Positions 47,356-58,030 of a stretch of DNA of 64,000 nucleotides are shown one piece after another. The position numbers were made by a program, and so were the translations under genes. The stretch is from Candidatus Oxydemutator sp. (GTDB taxonomy: Bacteria; Pseudomonadota; Gammaproteobacteria; Poriferisulfidales; Oxydemutatoraceae). The stretch spans positions 256,001 to 320,000 of the forward strand of contig OZ241883.1 of NCBI GenBank assembly GCA_965203445.1. The letters run 5' to 3'. The notes under the pieces are model-generated. The model had not been told where the DNA came from and did no database searches. It saw only the letters and a list, made by a program, of their open reading frames with translations. The first letter of the stretch is position 1, and every line of letters begins with the position of its first letter.

Positions 47356-48615
47356 TCAGCCCTTCTTCATCGCCTCAAAGAAGGCGTCGTTGCTCTTGGT
47401 GGCCTTCATCCGCGTCAGCAGGAACTCGACCGCTTCCGGCTCGTCCATCGAGTCGAGGAACTTGCGCAGGATCCATATTTTCTGGAGTTCGTCCGGGTCT
47501 ATCAACAGTTCCTCGCGGCGCGTGCCGGAACGCTTGATGTTGATCGCGGGATAGATGCGCCGTTCGGCGATTCTGCGGTCCAGGTGTATCTCCATGTTGC
47601 CGGTACCCTTGAACTCCTCGTAGATGACCTCGTCCATCTTCGAGCCGGTGTCTATCAGCGCCGTCGCCAAAATGCTGAGGCTGCCGGTACCGTCCACGTT
47701 GCGCGCGGCGCCGAAGAAGCGCTTCGGACGGTGCAGCGCGTTGGCGTCGACGCCGCCGGTCAGCACCTTGCCCGACGACGGCGCCACCGTGTTGTGCGCG
47801 CGCGCAAGCCGCGTGATCGAGTCGAGCAGGATGACGACGTCGCGCTTGTGCTCGACCAGCCGCTTGGCCTTCTCGATGGCCATGTTGGCGACCTGCACGT
47901 GGCGGTGGGCGGGCTCGTCGAAGGTGCTCGAGATGACCTCGCCGCGCACCATGCGCTGCATTTCGGTGACCTCCTCGGGACGCTCGTCTATCAGCAGCAC
48001 CATCAGATACACGTCGGGGAAGTTGGCGGCGATGCTCTGCGCGATGTTTTGCAGCATGATGGTCTTGCCGGCCTTCGGCGGCGACACGATCAGGCCGCGC
48101 TGCCCTTTGCCTATCGGCGCGACGATGTCTATGATGCGCGCGGTGATGTCCTCGGAGCTGCCGTTGCCGCGCTCGAGGCGCAGGTGGTCGTCGGCGTGCA
48201 GCGGCGTCAGGTTCTCGAACAACACTTTGTTGTGGGTCTGATCCGGCGCCTCCATGTTGATGGTCTCGACCTTGAGCAGCGCGAAGTAACGCTCGCTTTC
48301 CTTCGGCGGGCGGATCTTGCCGGTGATGGTGTCGCCGGTTCTCAGTGAAAAACGGCGGATCTGGCTCGGCGACACGTAGATGTCGTCGGGGCCGGCCAGG
48401 TAGGAGCAGTCCGCCGAACGCAGGAAGCCGAAGCTGTCCGGCAGGATCTCGAGCGTGCCCTCGCTGTAGATGTCCTCCCGGTTGCGCGCCGTGGTCTTCA
48501 GGATCGAGAAGATGATGTCCTGGCGCTTGGCGCGCGACACGTTCTCGATGCCGAGCGATTCGGCCATCATGCTCAGCTCGGCGGCCGGTTTTCTTTTGAG
48601 TTCGGGGATGTTCAT
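47356..48615 (-). CDS. rho: Transcription termination factor Rho
   Basis: [45 protein letters not shown]. Confidence 0.98.
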   Translation of the reverse strand: MNIPELKRKPAAELSMMAESLGIENVSRAKRQDIIFSILKTTARNREDIYSEGTLEILPDSFGFLRSADCSYLAGPDDIYVSPSQIRRFSLRTGDTITGKIRPPKESERYFALLKVETINMEAPDQTHNKVLFENLTPLHADDHLRLERGNGSSEDITARIIDIVAPIGKGQRGLIVSPPKAGKTIMLQNIAQSIAANFPDVYLMVLLIDERPEEVTEMQRMVRGEVISSTFDEPAHRHVQVANMAIEKAKRLVEHKRDVVILLDSITRLARAHNTVAPSSGKVLTGGVDANALHRPKRFFGAARNVDGTGSLSILATALIDTGSKMDEVIYEEFKGTGNMEIHLDRRIAERRIYPAINIKRSGTRREELLIDPDELQKIWILRKFLDSMDEPEAVEFLLTRMKATKSNDAFFEAMKKG

Positions 48616-48865
48616 AGATAAAGACTCTTGAGTTCTGGTTCCGGCTCGTCGCCGGAAGGGTCCAGGTCCGGGGAAATCCCTGGTCGAGTAAGCCCGTGGC
48701 GGAGGAAGGGGCGGCATCCTTGCCGGCAAATTTTCAGTCGCTTGTCGTGCCTCCGCGAAACTACCGGGTCGTGGCCGGGCCGGATGCGTGTGGACGCATT
48801 GTCGGCAATTTACCGGCGCTGTCAAGTCGGTGTACGGGCGACCGCGTCCGCGCGCTGGCCCCGCG

Positions 48866-49198
48866 TCACAGGAGCTGGTCTATAAAAGCCGTCAACTGTG
48901 AGCGCGTCAGTGTACCCACCTTGGTGCTCTCGACGTTGCCGTTCTTGAACAGCAACAGCGTCGGGATGCCACGGATACCATAGCGCGCGGGCGCCTCCGG
49001 ATTGGCGTCCACGTCGAGCTTGACGATTTTCAAGCGCTCCTTGTATTCGGGGGCGATTTCCTCGAGCAGCGGCCCGACCATCTTGCACGGCCCGCACCAC
49101 TCGGCCCAAAAATCAACCAGCACCGGTATCTTCGAGTCGAGAACCTCGCTCTGAAAACCGGCGTCGCTGGTATCGCTGACGTGCGCGCTTGTAGCCAT
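48866..49198 (-). CDS. trxA: Thioredoxin
   Basis: [21 protein letters not shown]; trxA-rho synteny. Confidence 0.96.
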   Translation of the reverse strand: MATSAHVSDTSDAGFQSEVLDSKIPVLVDFWAEWCGPCKMVGPLLEEIAPEYKERLKIVKLDVDANPEAPARYGIRGIPTLLLFKNGNVESTKVGTLTRSQLTAFIDQLL

Positions 49199-49237
49199 CG
49201 TTGTTCTATAGTATATGAAATTTCGGACGCAAATGGT

Positions 49238-50080
49238 ATGCCCGCAACATTTCTTTTCCTGGCGGCGATTGCCGCGGCACCGGCAGCCGCCGCCGACGCG
49301 GCCGACGCCGCGCGGGCGTGCCGGCTGATCGGCGGCAAACTGTCCTCGATCGCGATCGAGGAATGTCTCGACAGGCGGCTCGTCGCGAGCGGCTTTTACA
49401 CCTCGGGCGGTCTGCCGATCCTGTACAAGGAATACCCGCCGCTGGACAAACGCCGTCCGCTCGCGCGCGTGCTGTTGATCGGCGGTACGCACGGCGACGA
49501 GTACGCGTCGTTCAGCGTGACCCTCAAATGGATGAAGATACTGGACCGCCACCACTCGGGCCTGTTCCACTGGCACGTCGCGCCGGCCGTCAACCTCGAC
49601 GGCCTGCTCGAAAGTCCGGCGGTGCGCGTCAACGGCGGCGGCGCCGACTTGAACCGCAACCTTGCGAGCGCCGACTGGGACGGCGAGGCTTTGTCCTACT
49701 GGCGGGAACGCCACGGCGCCGACCCGCGCCGCTATCCCGGCGCCGCCGCCGGCAGCGAAAACGAGTCGCGCTGGCTGGCGCACGAGATCGAGTCGTTTCG
49801 ACCGGACGTGATCGTCTCGGTGCACGCGCCGTACGGGATCGTTGATTACGACGGCCCGGCGACGGTCGCGCCGCCGGCGCGCCTCGGGCCGCTGCCGTTT
49901 CTCGACCTGCCGACCTTCCCCGGATCGCTCGGCCGTTACGCCGGCGAGGATCGCGCGATCCCGGTGCTGACCATCGAGCTGGCGTCGTCGAGACACATGC
50001 CGAGCGACCGCGACCTGCGGACGATCTGGACTGATCTGGTGCGCTGGTTGCGCGAAGGCGTCGGCGCGCGCGCGAGATAA
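49238..50080 (+). CDS. M14 zinc carboxypeptidase (MpaA-like murein peptide amidase)
   Basis: Signal peptide, GGTHGDE, DLNRN, SVHAP, PGSLG, TIEL. Confidence 0.85.
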   Translation: MPATFLFLAAIAAAPAAAADAADAARACRLIGGKLSSIAIEECLDRRLVASGFYTSGGLPILYKEYPPLDKRRPLARVLLIGGTHGDEYASFSVTLKWMKILDRHHSGLFHWHVAPAVNLDGLLESPAVRVNGGGADLNRNLASADWDGEALSYWRERHGADPRRYPGAAAGSENESRWLAHEIESFRPDVIVSVHAPYGIVDYDGPATVAPPARLGPLPFLDLPTFPGSLGRYAGEDRAIPVLTIELASSRHMPSDRDLRTIWTDLVRWLREGVGARAR

Positions 50081-50108
50081 CGTAGGAATCAGGACGCCGC
50101 GGCGGCGC

Positions 50109-51281
50109 TCACGTGCGCCCCTCGAACACGATTTTCCAAACACCGTCCTCGATCTTCCAGAATTGCTGCTTGCGGTAGGCGACGTTGTAGTTGTTGCTGC
50201 GGTAATCCTGATCGAAGCGCGCCACGACCAGCTCCGGGTCGCGCGAGTAGAGCAGCAGATCCACGTCGCTGACGCCGACCGTAACGAAAGTCTTGGCGCG
50301 CGCGTTGCGCCGCACGCGCGCCTCCAGCTCGCGGTAATCCTCCCTGCGATCGCGGTAGTCGCGCGAGTAGTGCGACAGGTATTTGCCGGTGTCGAGACTC
50401 TGCCAGTCGCCGCGCCAGCGTCCGATGACGTCGAGCAATTCTCGTTGCCGGCGCCGCCACGCGGCCGGCTCCAGCCAGACGACGTCGTCGGCCAGCACCA
50501 CCGGCAGACCCGCTATTCTCGTCCGCCGCCGCAACTGCCGCACCACTTCGTTGCTGGCGACGACGCAACCGCGGCTGGTGCGCGGCGGACGGCTGTAGGT
50601 GACGCGCGGCACGCCGTGCAGCCAGATGCCGTGGCCGCTGCGGTGCCAAAGGCGATCCCAGGCGTTCGGGTAGTCGAGCGGATAGGCGCCGGCGCCGTAG
50701 AACTCGGCCAGCCGCCCGTCATGGATGTCGTGGGTGATTTTATAGACGCCGGTAGGCGTGCGTTTGTCCCCCTCGCTGCGCTTGTCCATGCCGCCCTTGC
50801 CGTGGGCGGCGTAGTAATCGGCGACCAGCGACGGCGTCTCGCCGGCGTTCTCGAACAGGTAGAGGCGCGAGCGCGCGGCGTCGAAGAGCAGCGCGTGGCG
50901 GTGGCGCGCGGACAGCCGCAGTATGTTGGCCGGCAGTTTGTCCGCGGGCGCCAAGCGGTGGCGCATCCGCGCCTTCGCCTCGTCCAGCAAATCGGCGACC
51001 CGAGTCTTGGCGCCGGCCTCCGGGCGCGGCAGCAGCGCCGGCTGCCCGGCGCGCACCGCCAGCAGATCGGCACGCAACATCGCCGCGATCCCGAAGTTCG
51101 GATGGCGCCGCAAGACGTCGTCCAGTTCCTCGAGCGACCGTTGCGGCCGCGCCGACGCCAACGCCTGCAACGCCGACCCGAAACGCACCTCGGCCGCTTC
51201 CCTTTCCACGCCCGTGGCCGGTGCCCCCGCGAGCGCCCACGCGCAGACGAGCAGCGTCGTTTTTGCAAGCCGATTTTTCAT
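50109..51281 (-). CDS. L,D-transpeptidase (YkuD) family protein with C-terminal NTF2-like domain
   Basis: EGDKRTPTGVY, YPN..D, GIWLHG, SRGCVV; C-terminal W..WQS...YLSHY...WKI. Confidence 0.85.
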   Translation of the reverse strand: MKNRLAKTTLLVCAWALAGAPATGVEREAAEVRFGSALQALASARPQRSLEELDDVLRRHPNFGIAAMLRADLLAVRAGQPALLPRPEAGAKTRVADLLDEAKARMRHRLAPADKLPANILRLSARHRHALLFDAARSRLYLFENAGETPSLVADYYAAHGKGGMDKRSEGDKRTPTGVYKITHDIHDGRLAEFYGAGAYPLDYPNAWDRLWHRSGHGIWLHGVPRVTYSRPPRTSRGCVVASNEVVRQLRRRTRIAGLPVVLADDVVWLEPAAWRRRQRELLDVIGRWRGDWQSLDTGKYLSHYSRDYRDRREDYRELEARVRRNARAKTFVTVGVSDVDLLLYSRDPELVVARFDQDYRSNNYNVAYRKQQFWKIEDGVWKIVFEGRT

Positions 51282-52150
51282 CGTCGCCGCACGACCCGTT
51301 CGCGTGCGATCTTCCAACCGTCGGCGGTGTCGCGCAGCAACAGATTTTTGGTCACGGTGCTGGCCAGCAGGTTGGAGCGATATTTCTGCACAAAGGTCAC
51401 GTTCGCCGAACCATCGTCGCGGCGCCGGACTTGCAAGCCTGAAATCTCTATATGGATGCTTTTGGGGCCCAGGATGCGGTCGCGGCGCTGCCGCTTCCAG
51501 GCCTCATGGTCGGTGCCGGAGCGCGGACGGTAATCGCCGGCGTAACTCGTGAAATAGTCGTCCAGATTCTTGCCGGCCCAGGCGCGCGCCCAGCGGCGCA
51601 CGCTGGCGACGATGGCCGCGTCGGCCTCCCGCGACGCGCGTGCCGGCGGCGCCGGTTCCTCGACCAGGGAGCTTTCGATTTCGGCCGCGGCCAACACCGC
51701 GTCCGCCGGCGTCGAAGGCGTCGCCGGCGGAGTCACGCGTTCGCTCCCGACCAGTTCATAGCGCGGCGCCGCGACTTCCATCGAATCCAGCGCCAGCGCG
51801 TTCTTATAGCCGCGCGCCGCGCGATACGCGTACAGCGCGCGCAGATTGCGGTGACCGGTGGCGATGACCGGGGCCGTCGCAATCGCCTTCTCGAACAGGC
51901 GCGCGGCGAGATCAAGGCGGCCTTGCCGGGCGGCGATGATACCGAGGTTGTTGAGTATGCCGGGGTCGTCCGGGTAGCCCTCCTCGAGTTGCTTGAACAG
52001 CCTGTGCGAAGCTTCGAGATCGCCGGCCTGGAACTTGTCGAGCGCCCGCCGGTAACGGGGGTCCTCGCTGACGTCGGCGGCGGCGGCGGCCAGCGCCAGC
52101 AGGCAGCCGGGCAGCAGCCACCGACAACCTTTTCTCGAGAGGGAATACAC
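51278..52150 (-). CDS. TPR protein with C-terminal NTF2-like domain
   Basis: [13 protein letters not shown]; WARAW...YF..Y...F.QKYRS...WKI; coupled to the L,D-transpeptidase. Confidence 0.8.
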   Translation of the reverse strand: MYSLSRKGCRWLLPGCLLALAAAAADVSEDPRYRRALDKFQAGDLEASHRLFKQLEEGYPDDPGILNNLGIIAARQGRLDLAARLFEKAIATAPVIATGHRNLRALYAYRAARGYKNALALDSMEVAAPRYELVGSERVTPPATPSTPADAVLAAAEIESSLVEEPAPPARASREADAAIVASVRRWARAWAGKNLDDYFTSYAGDYRPRSGTDHEAWKRQRRDRILGPKSIHIEISGLQVRRRDDGSANVTFVQKYRSNLLASTVTKNLLLRDTADGWKIARERVVRRR

Positions 52151-52254
52151 GTCGTATTTTGTCGGCTTACCAGTGCTACCATATTATAGCCGCACGCGGC
52201 TGTGATAGTGTAACGAGATGTGCTCATCCCGTAATCTGGGCGCGGTGCGCTGAC

Positions 52255-53358
52255 GTGAAAATATACCGGGTCGGCGGCAGCGTGCGCGACGAACTGCTCG
52301 GACTGAGCGTCGGCGAAAAGGACTGGGCCGTCGTCGGCGCGACGCGCGAGCAGATGTTGACGCGGGGGTTCAAGCCGGTCGGAAAACATTTCCCGGTGTT
52401 CATCCACCCCGACAGCGGCGAGGAATACGCGCTCGCGCGCACCGAACGCAAAACCGGGCGCGGCTACCACGGCTTTTCCTTCGACGCGGCGCCGGTGGTC
52501 ACGATAGAGCAGGACCTGGCGCGCCGCGACCTGACCATCAACGCGATGGCGCGCGCCGCGGACGGGCGCCTGGTGGACCCCCACGGCGGCCGCCGCGACG
52601 TCGAGGCGCGCGTGCTGCGCCACGTCTCGCCGGCCTTCGTCGAGGATCCGGTGCGCATCCTGCGCACCGCGCGCTTTGCCGCGAAACTACACGACCTCGG
52701 CTTTGTCGTGGCCGCCGAGACGATGGCGCTGATGCGCACGATGGTGCGCGACGGCGAGGCCGACGCGCTGGTCGCCGAGCGCGTCTGGCAGGAGACCGAA
52801 AAAGCGTTGACGACGCCCCGTCCGTCGGTGTATTTCGACGTGCTGCGACGCGCCGACGCGCTCGCGCGCACGTTGCCGGAGATCCACGCGCTGACAAACG
52901 ACGACCGTCAGGCACTGCGCGCGCTCGACGACGCGGCGACGCGCCACCCGCCCGAGACCCTGCTGGCGTTGCTCGCGGATTTTGCGAAGCGCCGAGGGCT
53001 ATCGCTGATGCCGCTCGGCAAACGCCTGAAACTGCCGGGGCGCCATCGCCGCCTGATGGCGGCCACCGAGCGTTGGCTGGAGGCGCTGACCCGCGCCGAG
53101 GTCCTGGCGCGCGAGGATCTCCTCGACCTGCTGGAAGGCACGCGCGCGACGCACGACGGGCGGCGTCTCGACTCGTTGCTGAGCGTATGCTCCTTAGGGC
53201 GCGGCGCACCGTCGCCGCGCGGCGCGGCGCGTATCCGACGGGCGTTGCACGCGCTCACCGACGCGGACTTGCGCGCGGCGCTCGCCGACGCCGCCAAAAA
53301 AGACGACGTCAAAAGGCGCGTGCGCGAGCTGAAGCTTGCCGCGCTCACAGATATATAA
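52255..53358 (+). CDS. cca: CCA tRNA nucleotidyltransferase (short form)
   Basis: [38 protein letters not shown]; HD domain not evident. Confidence 0.92.
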   Translation: MKIYRVGGSVRDELLGLSVGEKDWAVVGATREQMLTRGFKPVGKHFPVFIHPDSGEEYALARTERKTGRGYHGFSFDAAPVVTIEQDLARRDLTINAMARAADGRLVDPHGGRRDVEARVLRHVSPAFVEDPVRILRTARFAAKLHDLGFVVAAETMALMRTMVRDGEADALVAERVWQETEKALTTPRPSVYFDVLRRADALARTLPEIHALTNDDRQALRALDDAATRHPPETLLALLADFAKRRGLSLMPLGKRLKLPGRHRRLMAATERWLEALTRAEVLAREDLLDLLEGTRATHDGRRLDSLLSVCSLGRGAPSPRGAARIRRALHALTDADLRAALADAAKKDDVKRRVRELKLAALTDI

Positions 53359-54127
53359 AACCGAACAGCAGCGCGCCGAGCACGCAACGGTACACGACGA
53401 AGGGCAACATACCGACCCTTTCGACGAAACGGACAAACAGCCGTATCGTCGCCAGCGCGAACGCGGCGGCGACCACGAAGCCGAGCGCAAGCGGCAGCCA
53501 CTCCGTCGGCACCCGCGTCAGCTGCCACGTTTGCAACGCGGCGGCGGCGAGGATTACCGGGATCGCAAGCAGCAGCGAGAAATGCGTCGCGCGCTCGCGC
53601 GACAGACCGAGCAACAGCGCCGCCGTGATCGTGACACCGGTGCGCGAGGTTCCGGGAATCAGCGCCAGCGTCTGCGCGGCGCCGATCCACAGCGCGCAAC
53701 GCCACGTGATTTCGCGCACGTCGCCGCTGCGGCCGGCGTCGGCAAACCACAAGGCCAACGCGAAAAAGACGGTGGCCGCGGCGATCACCGGCGGTGCGCG
53801 CAGGTGCTCCTCGACCACGGTCTCGAAGGCAAATCCCGCCGCCAACACCGGCAACGACGCCACCGCGAGCGCCGCAAGCAGCCGCCGGTCTTCGGCGCGC
53901 CCCGGGGCGCGCGGGTGGCACGCGAGCAGCAGCGCCGCGAGCTGCGGCCGGTAATGCCAGACCACCGCGAACAAGGTGCCGGCGTGCACCATAACGTCGA
54001 AGGCGAGAACGTCGCCACGCGCACCCAGCGCCTCGTGCGCCAGCGCGAGATGTGCCGAACTCGACACCGGAAGAAATTCGGTCACACCCTGGATCAGAGC
54101 GAGAAGAATAACGTGGAAATTATCCAT
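53345..54127 (-). CDS. uppP: Undecaprenyl-diphosphate phosphatase
   Basis: [32 protein letters not shown]. Confidence 0.95.
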   Translation of the reverse strand: MDNFHVILLALIQGVTEFLPVSSSAHLALAHEALGARGDVLAFDVMVHAGTLFAVVWHYRPQLAALLLACHPRAPGRAEDRRLLAALAVASLPVLAAGFAFETVVEEHLRAPPVIAAATVFFALALWFADAGRSGDVREITWRCALWIGAAQTLALIPGTSRTGVTITAALLLGLSRERATHFSLLLAIPVILAAAALQTWQLTRVPTEWLPLALGFVVAAAFALATIRLFVRFVERVGMLPFVVYRCVLGALLFGFIYL

Positions 54128-54202
54128 GGTGCACAATACTTAAGGTAGTATTGGACCTCAAGTATAGCAGCCGCGACGCCGAGCTGCCGGCCAACGACCC
54201 GT

Positions 54203-54952
54203 ATGAACGAGCACACGAACGACGCCGACAAGACGGCGCTGATCACCGGCGCAGGTCGGCGCATCGGCGCGTGCATCGCCAAGACGCTGCACCGGGGCGG
54301 CTTCAACGTCGTGCTTCACTGCCGCCGCGCGCGCGCCGACGCGGACGCGCTGGCCACGGCCCTGAACCAAAAGCGCGACGACTCGGCGCACGTGCTGGCG
54401 GCCGACTTGCTCAGCCTCGAGGCGCTCGAGGACCTGGCGGACGCGGCGCGCGCGCGCTGGCGGCGCCTCGACGTGCTGGTCAACAATGCGTCGGTGTTTC
54501 GCGCGACCGCGCTCGACGAACTCGACGAGGCCGCCTTCGACGAGTTGATCGGCGTCAACCTGAAAGCGCCGTTGTTCCTGGCACGGCAACTGGCGCCGGA
54601 GCTGCGGCGGCGCGGTGGCTGCATCGTCAACCTGACCGACATCCACGCCGGGCGTCCGCTGCGCGGCCATCCGGTGTATTGCGCGGCGAAGGCCGGGCTG
54701 GCGATGCTGACGCGCTCGCTGGCGCGCGAGCTGGCGCCCGAGGCGCGCTGCAACGCGGTCGCGCCCGGCGCCATCCTGTGGCCGCGGGACGACGACGATG
54801 ACCGGCGCCGGCACGAAATCGTGCGCCGCACCGCGCTCGGGCGCACCGGCGATCCGGGCGACGTGGCGCGGGCGGTGGCGTTCTTAGTGACGGCCGAGTA
54901 CGTCACCGGACAGACGATTACCGTGGACGGCGGCAGGACCTTGCGCAACTGA
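54203..54952 (+). CDS. Pteridine reductase (FolM-like SDR)
   Basis: TGAGRRIG, NNAS, YCAAKA, NAVAPG, VDGGR. Confidence 0.85.
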   Translation: MNEHTNDADKTALITGAGRRIGACIAKTLHRGGFNVVLHCRRARADADALATALNQKRDDSAHVLAADLLSLEALEDLADAARARWRRLDVLVNNASVFRATALDELDEAAFDELIGVNLKAPLFLARQLAPELRRRGGCIVNLTDIHAGRPLRGHPVYCAAKAGLAMLTRSLARELAPEARCNAVAPGAILWPRDDDDDRRRHEIVRRTALGRTGDPGDVARAVAFLVTAEYVTGQTITVDGGRTLRN

Positions 54953-55063
54953 GTCGGGGCCTAGGCGAAACAGCGGGCGCCAATCGTTCCCGCCCCTCGC
55001 TGGTCCCGCCCCCGACGTCGGGGCCGGCACGCGGCAACGGCCGGCCGGGGCGGGTGCTCCAGG

Positions 55064-55426
55064 TTACGAGGCGGGGCGGGAGTCGGACTCGATGAAACAG
55101 ATGGCGACGTCAAAGGCCTCCTGATAAGCCTGGGTGACCCTGACCAGCAAAGCGGTCATCGGGTCGGCGGAGGTGGCAGTGCCGCCGGAAATCTGCTCCA
55201 GGTCGCTGCTTTCGAGCGCTCGCATGGCCTGGTAATCAGGCACGCAGACGTGCACTACGGCGGCGGTGTTCTGCACCGTGCGCACCTTCAGGGCGGCGTC
55301 GCGCACGTTGAGCGCCTTGGCGGGGTCGCTCTTGACCGCCGCCAGCAACGCCTTGTCGGCGGCGTATTTCTTCGCCAACAGCGCGGACACGACCTCGTTC
55401 GTCGCCGGAATTTGTATCGTCGTCAT
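55064..55426 (-). CDS. NHLP (nitrile hydratase-like leader) RiPP precursor-like peptide
   Basis: DPAKAL..VRTVQNTAAVVHVCVP leader and LESSDLEQISGG double-Gly motif, then 38-aa core; GAGGAG RBS. Confidence 0.7.
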   Translation of the reverse strand: MTTIQIPATNEVVSALLAKKYAADKALLAAVKSDPAKALNVRDAALKVRTVQNTAAVVHVCVPDYQAMRALESSDLEQISGGTATSADPMTALLVRVTQAYQEAFDVAICFIESDSRPAS

Positions 55427-55586
55427 TGCATCTCCTCGGTGGTTTCAGGATTCTCGCGAACGTTCGTCGGCGCTACTCCGACTGAATTTCGTGCCGGGCG
55501 ATTGTAACACCGCCGGGTGCGCGCCACCCGCTGCCAGAAGCGATTGAACGGGGACTGCGTCCGCGGCCCCGGCGCGGCCGGCGGCG

Positions 55587-57443
55587 TCAGGCGCGACCGT
55601 CGTCTTTGCGGTGCGCGCGGCCGGCGATGGCGCTCAGCAGCGCGTCCGGCGTGCGCCGATGCCGGCGCAGCAGGCACCCGGAGAAATTGCCAGGCGTGCA
55701 TCCTTCCACCGGGCACCGCAAATCGTCTCTCCTGGCCAGCATTTCCCAGGCGTATTCGAGCGCGCGGTTGCGATCCCTGAAAAAATGATCGGCCCAGTCG
55801 GGGTTGGCGAAACCGCTGCGCTTGAAGGTGTTCATGACCGGCGTCGGCGTGCGTGCGAACAGCAGTTCGACGCCCAGCCCGACCAGCGTGCGCGCCAGCT
55901 GGTGCAGCATCTCCTCGCCGGTCGCGTCTATCTCGGTGATCGCCACCGCGTCCACGATGATGAACTTCAATTCCGGCTGGCTGGCGACGCGCTCGAGCAC
56001 GTGGTCGTGAAAGTAACCGGTGTTGGCAAAGAACAACGGCCCGTCGAAACGGATCACCGCGACTTTGGGGCATACCTTGAGGATGTGTCGCGCCGCGTCG
56101 CGCAGCGTGCCGTCCTTGTGTCTCGCCATGATCGTGATGGTCGGGCGCATCGTGCGGTACACGTACAGACCGAGCGACAGCAAAACGCCGGTCAGAATGC
56201 CGTTCTCCAGGTGCGGCGCGTAAAACAGCGTCACCGCGAAGGTGATCACCGCCACCACCGTATCGTGGCGCTGCACGCGCCACATGTATTTGAAGGGTTT
56301 GACGCGCACCAGGCCGGCGACCGCCAGGATCACGACCGCCGCCAGCGTCGGCTGCGGCAAGTGGTAGAGCAGCGGCGTCAGAAACAGCAGCGTCAACCCC
56401 ACCAGGGCCGCGGTCACCACCGACGAGAAGCCGGTCGCCGCCTTGGCGTCGAAATTCACCGCCGAGCGCGAAAACGACCCCGACACCGCGTAGCCCTGGA
56501 ACAACCCGGCGACGACGTTCGACAGGCCCTGGCCGATCAACTCCTGGTCCGCGTCGAGACGCTGGCGCGTGCTCGCCGCCATCGCCTTGGCGATGGAAAT
56601 CGCCTCCATGAATCCGATCAGCGCGATCGCGACGGCGACGCTGAACAGCTGCTGCACCGCGCCCAGGGTGAACGTCGGCATCTCGAACGACGGCAGGCCC
56701 TGCGGGATTACGCCGACGACGCGGCCACCGTGCTTCTCGAAGCCGAAGTACCAGGAGAGCAGCGTCGCCACGACGACCGCCACCAGGATGTTGGGCACGC
56801 GCGGCAGGTAGCGCTTCAGCAGTACCATCAGCGCGAGCGAAAGCACCGCGATGACCAGCGTCGGCCGGTGCGTGTGCGCGGCGGCGGCCACCACCGTGTC
56901 CCATACCATCTCGTAGTGATGCTCGGCTTTTTCGACGCCGACGCCGAAAATTTTCCCGAGTTGTGACGTCGCTATGATAATCGCGGCGGCGTTGGTGAAC
57001 CCGACCACGACCGGGTGCGACAGAAAGTCCACCATCATGCCGAGGCGCACGACGCCGAGCGTGAACTGGAACAGGCCGACCATCAGCGCCAGCAGTACCG
57101 CGTACGCAAAATAACCGCCGCTGCCGCTCGCCGCCAGCGGCTCGATGGCCGACGCCGTCAGCAGCGAGACGACCGCCACCGGCCCGGTCGCCAGCTGCCG
57201 CGACGAACCGAACAACGCCGCCACCGCGACCGGCAGGAACGACGCATAGAGACCGTAATACGAGGGCAGCCCGGCCAGTTGGGCGTAGGCCATGGATTGG
57301 GGAATCAGCACCAGGGCGACGGTGGTGCCGGCGATGACGTCGGCGCGCAGCGACCGCGCGTTGCGCAACTCGCCGATCCAGCCGGTAAAAGGCGTTACGT
57401 TTCGATAGAAACCAGAGAGCGTTTTTCTGAACTTTTTCGGCAA
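55587..57443 (-). CDS. SulP family anion transporter with STAS domain
   Basis: PQSMAYAQLAG, GSSRQLATGP, GSFSRSAVN, FDGPLFFAN; TTG start uncertain. Confidence 0.92.
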   Translation of the reverse strand: MPKKFRKTLSGFYRNVTPFTGWIGELRNARSLRADVIAGTTVALVLIPQSMAYAQLAGLPSYYGLYASFLPVAVAALFGSSRQLATGPVAVVSLLTASAIEPLAASGSGGYFAYAVLLALMVGLFQFTLGVVRLGMMVDFLSHPVVVGFTNAAAIIIATSQLGKIFGVGVEKAEHHYEMVWDTVVAAAAHTHRPTLVIAVLSLALMVLLKRYLPRVPNILVAVVVATLLSWYFGFEKHGGRVVGVIPQGLPSFEMPTFTLGAVQQLFSVAVAIALIGFMEAISIAKAMAASTRQRLDADQELIGQGLSNVVAGLFQGYAVSGSFSRSAVNFDAKAATGFSSVVTAALVGLTLLFLTPLLYHLPQPTLAAVVILAVAGLVRVKPFKYMWRVQRHDTVVAVITFAVTLFYAPHLENGILTGVLLSLGLYVYRTMRPTITIMARHKDGTLRDAARHILKVCPKVAVIRFDGPLFFANTGYFHDHVLERVASQPELKFIIVDAVAITEIDATGEEMLHQLARTLVGLGVELLFARTPTPVMNTFKRSGFANPDWADHFFRDRNRALEYAWEMLARRDDLRCPVEGCTPGNFSGCLLRRHRRTPDALLSAIAGRAHRKDDGRA

Positions 57444-57576
57444 GTCGCTACCACCGACGATGAACGCTTATAGTAACACGGGGCGGCGAGCGACTTTCAT
57501 TGCCACGCTACCCATGCCCTCATCCCCATAGGCTCCCATACCGGCCCGTGGGCTTTGCTGGAAAAAATCCACCCTT

Positions 57577-57585
57577 TGCTATACT
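57577..57585 (+). promoter_or_regulatory. Extended -10 promoter of the globin gene
   Basis: TG-C-TATACT, with TTGCTG at 57555-57560 and AAGGAGG RBS downstream. Confidence 0.5.
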
Positions 57586-57627
57586 CTGCACAATCCGCCA
57601 ATCACGGCGGCCAAAGGAGGAAACAAC

Positions 57628-57996
57628 ATGAGCTCACTATACGAAAGAATCGGCGGCGAAGCGGCCTTGGACGCGGCCGTGAACAAGTTCTATGAAAAGG
57701 TGCTGGCCGACGAACGCATCAAACATTTCTTCGAGGGTGTCGACATGCAACGCTTGGCGCGGCACCAGAAACGCTTCATGACCTACGCGATGGGCGGCGC
57801 ACCGGATTATCCGGGACAGACGCTGCGCGCGGCCCACAAGGGGCTGGTCGAGAACATGGGGTTGAGCGACGAGCACTTCGACGCGGTGCTCGAGGACCTG
57901 GGAGCGGCGCTGAAAGACCTGGGCGTCGCCGACGATCTGGTCGCGGAAGCGGCGGCGATCGTCGAGTCCACCCGCGGCGACGTGCTGAACCGCTAA
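57628..57996 (+). CDS. Group 1 truncated hemoglobin (GlbN-like)
   Basis: LYERIGG, FY..VLAD, HQ..F, AAH proximal His, EHFDAV. Confidence 0.93.
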   Translation: MSSLYERIGGEAALDAAVNKFYEKVLADERIKHFFEGVDMQRLARHQKRFMTYAMGGAPDYPGQTLRAAHKGLVENMGLSDEHFDAVLEDLGAALKDLGVADDLVAEAAAIVESTRGDVLNR

Positions 57997-58030
57997 CCGG
58001 CAACCAGCCCGGGCGCCCCGGCGGAGCGCG

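Noticed and set aside
52255-53358. CCA enzyme lacking the HD phosphatase domain
   Set aside because: Short CCA-adding enzymes are common; not unusual enough.
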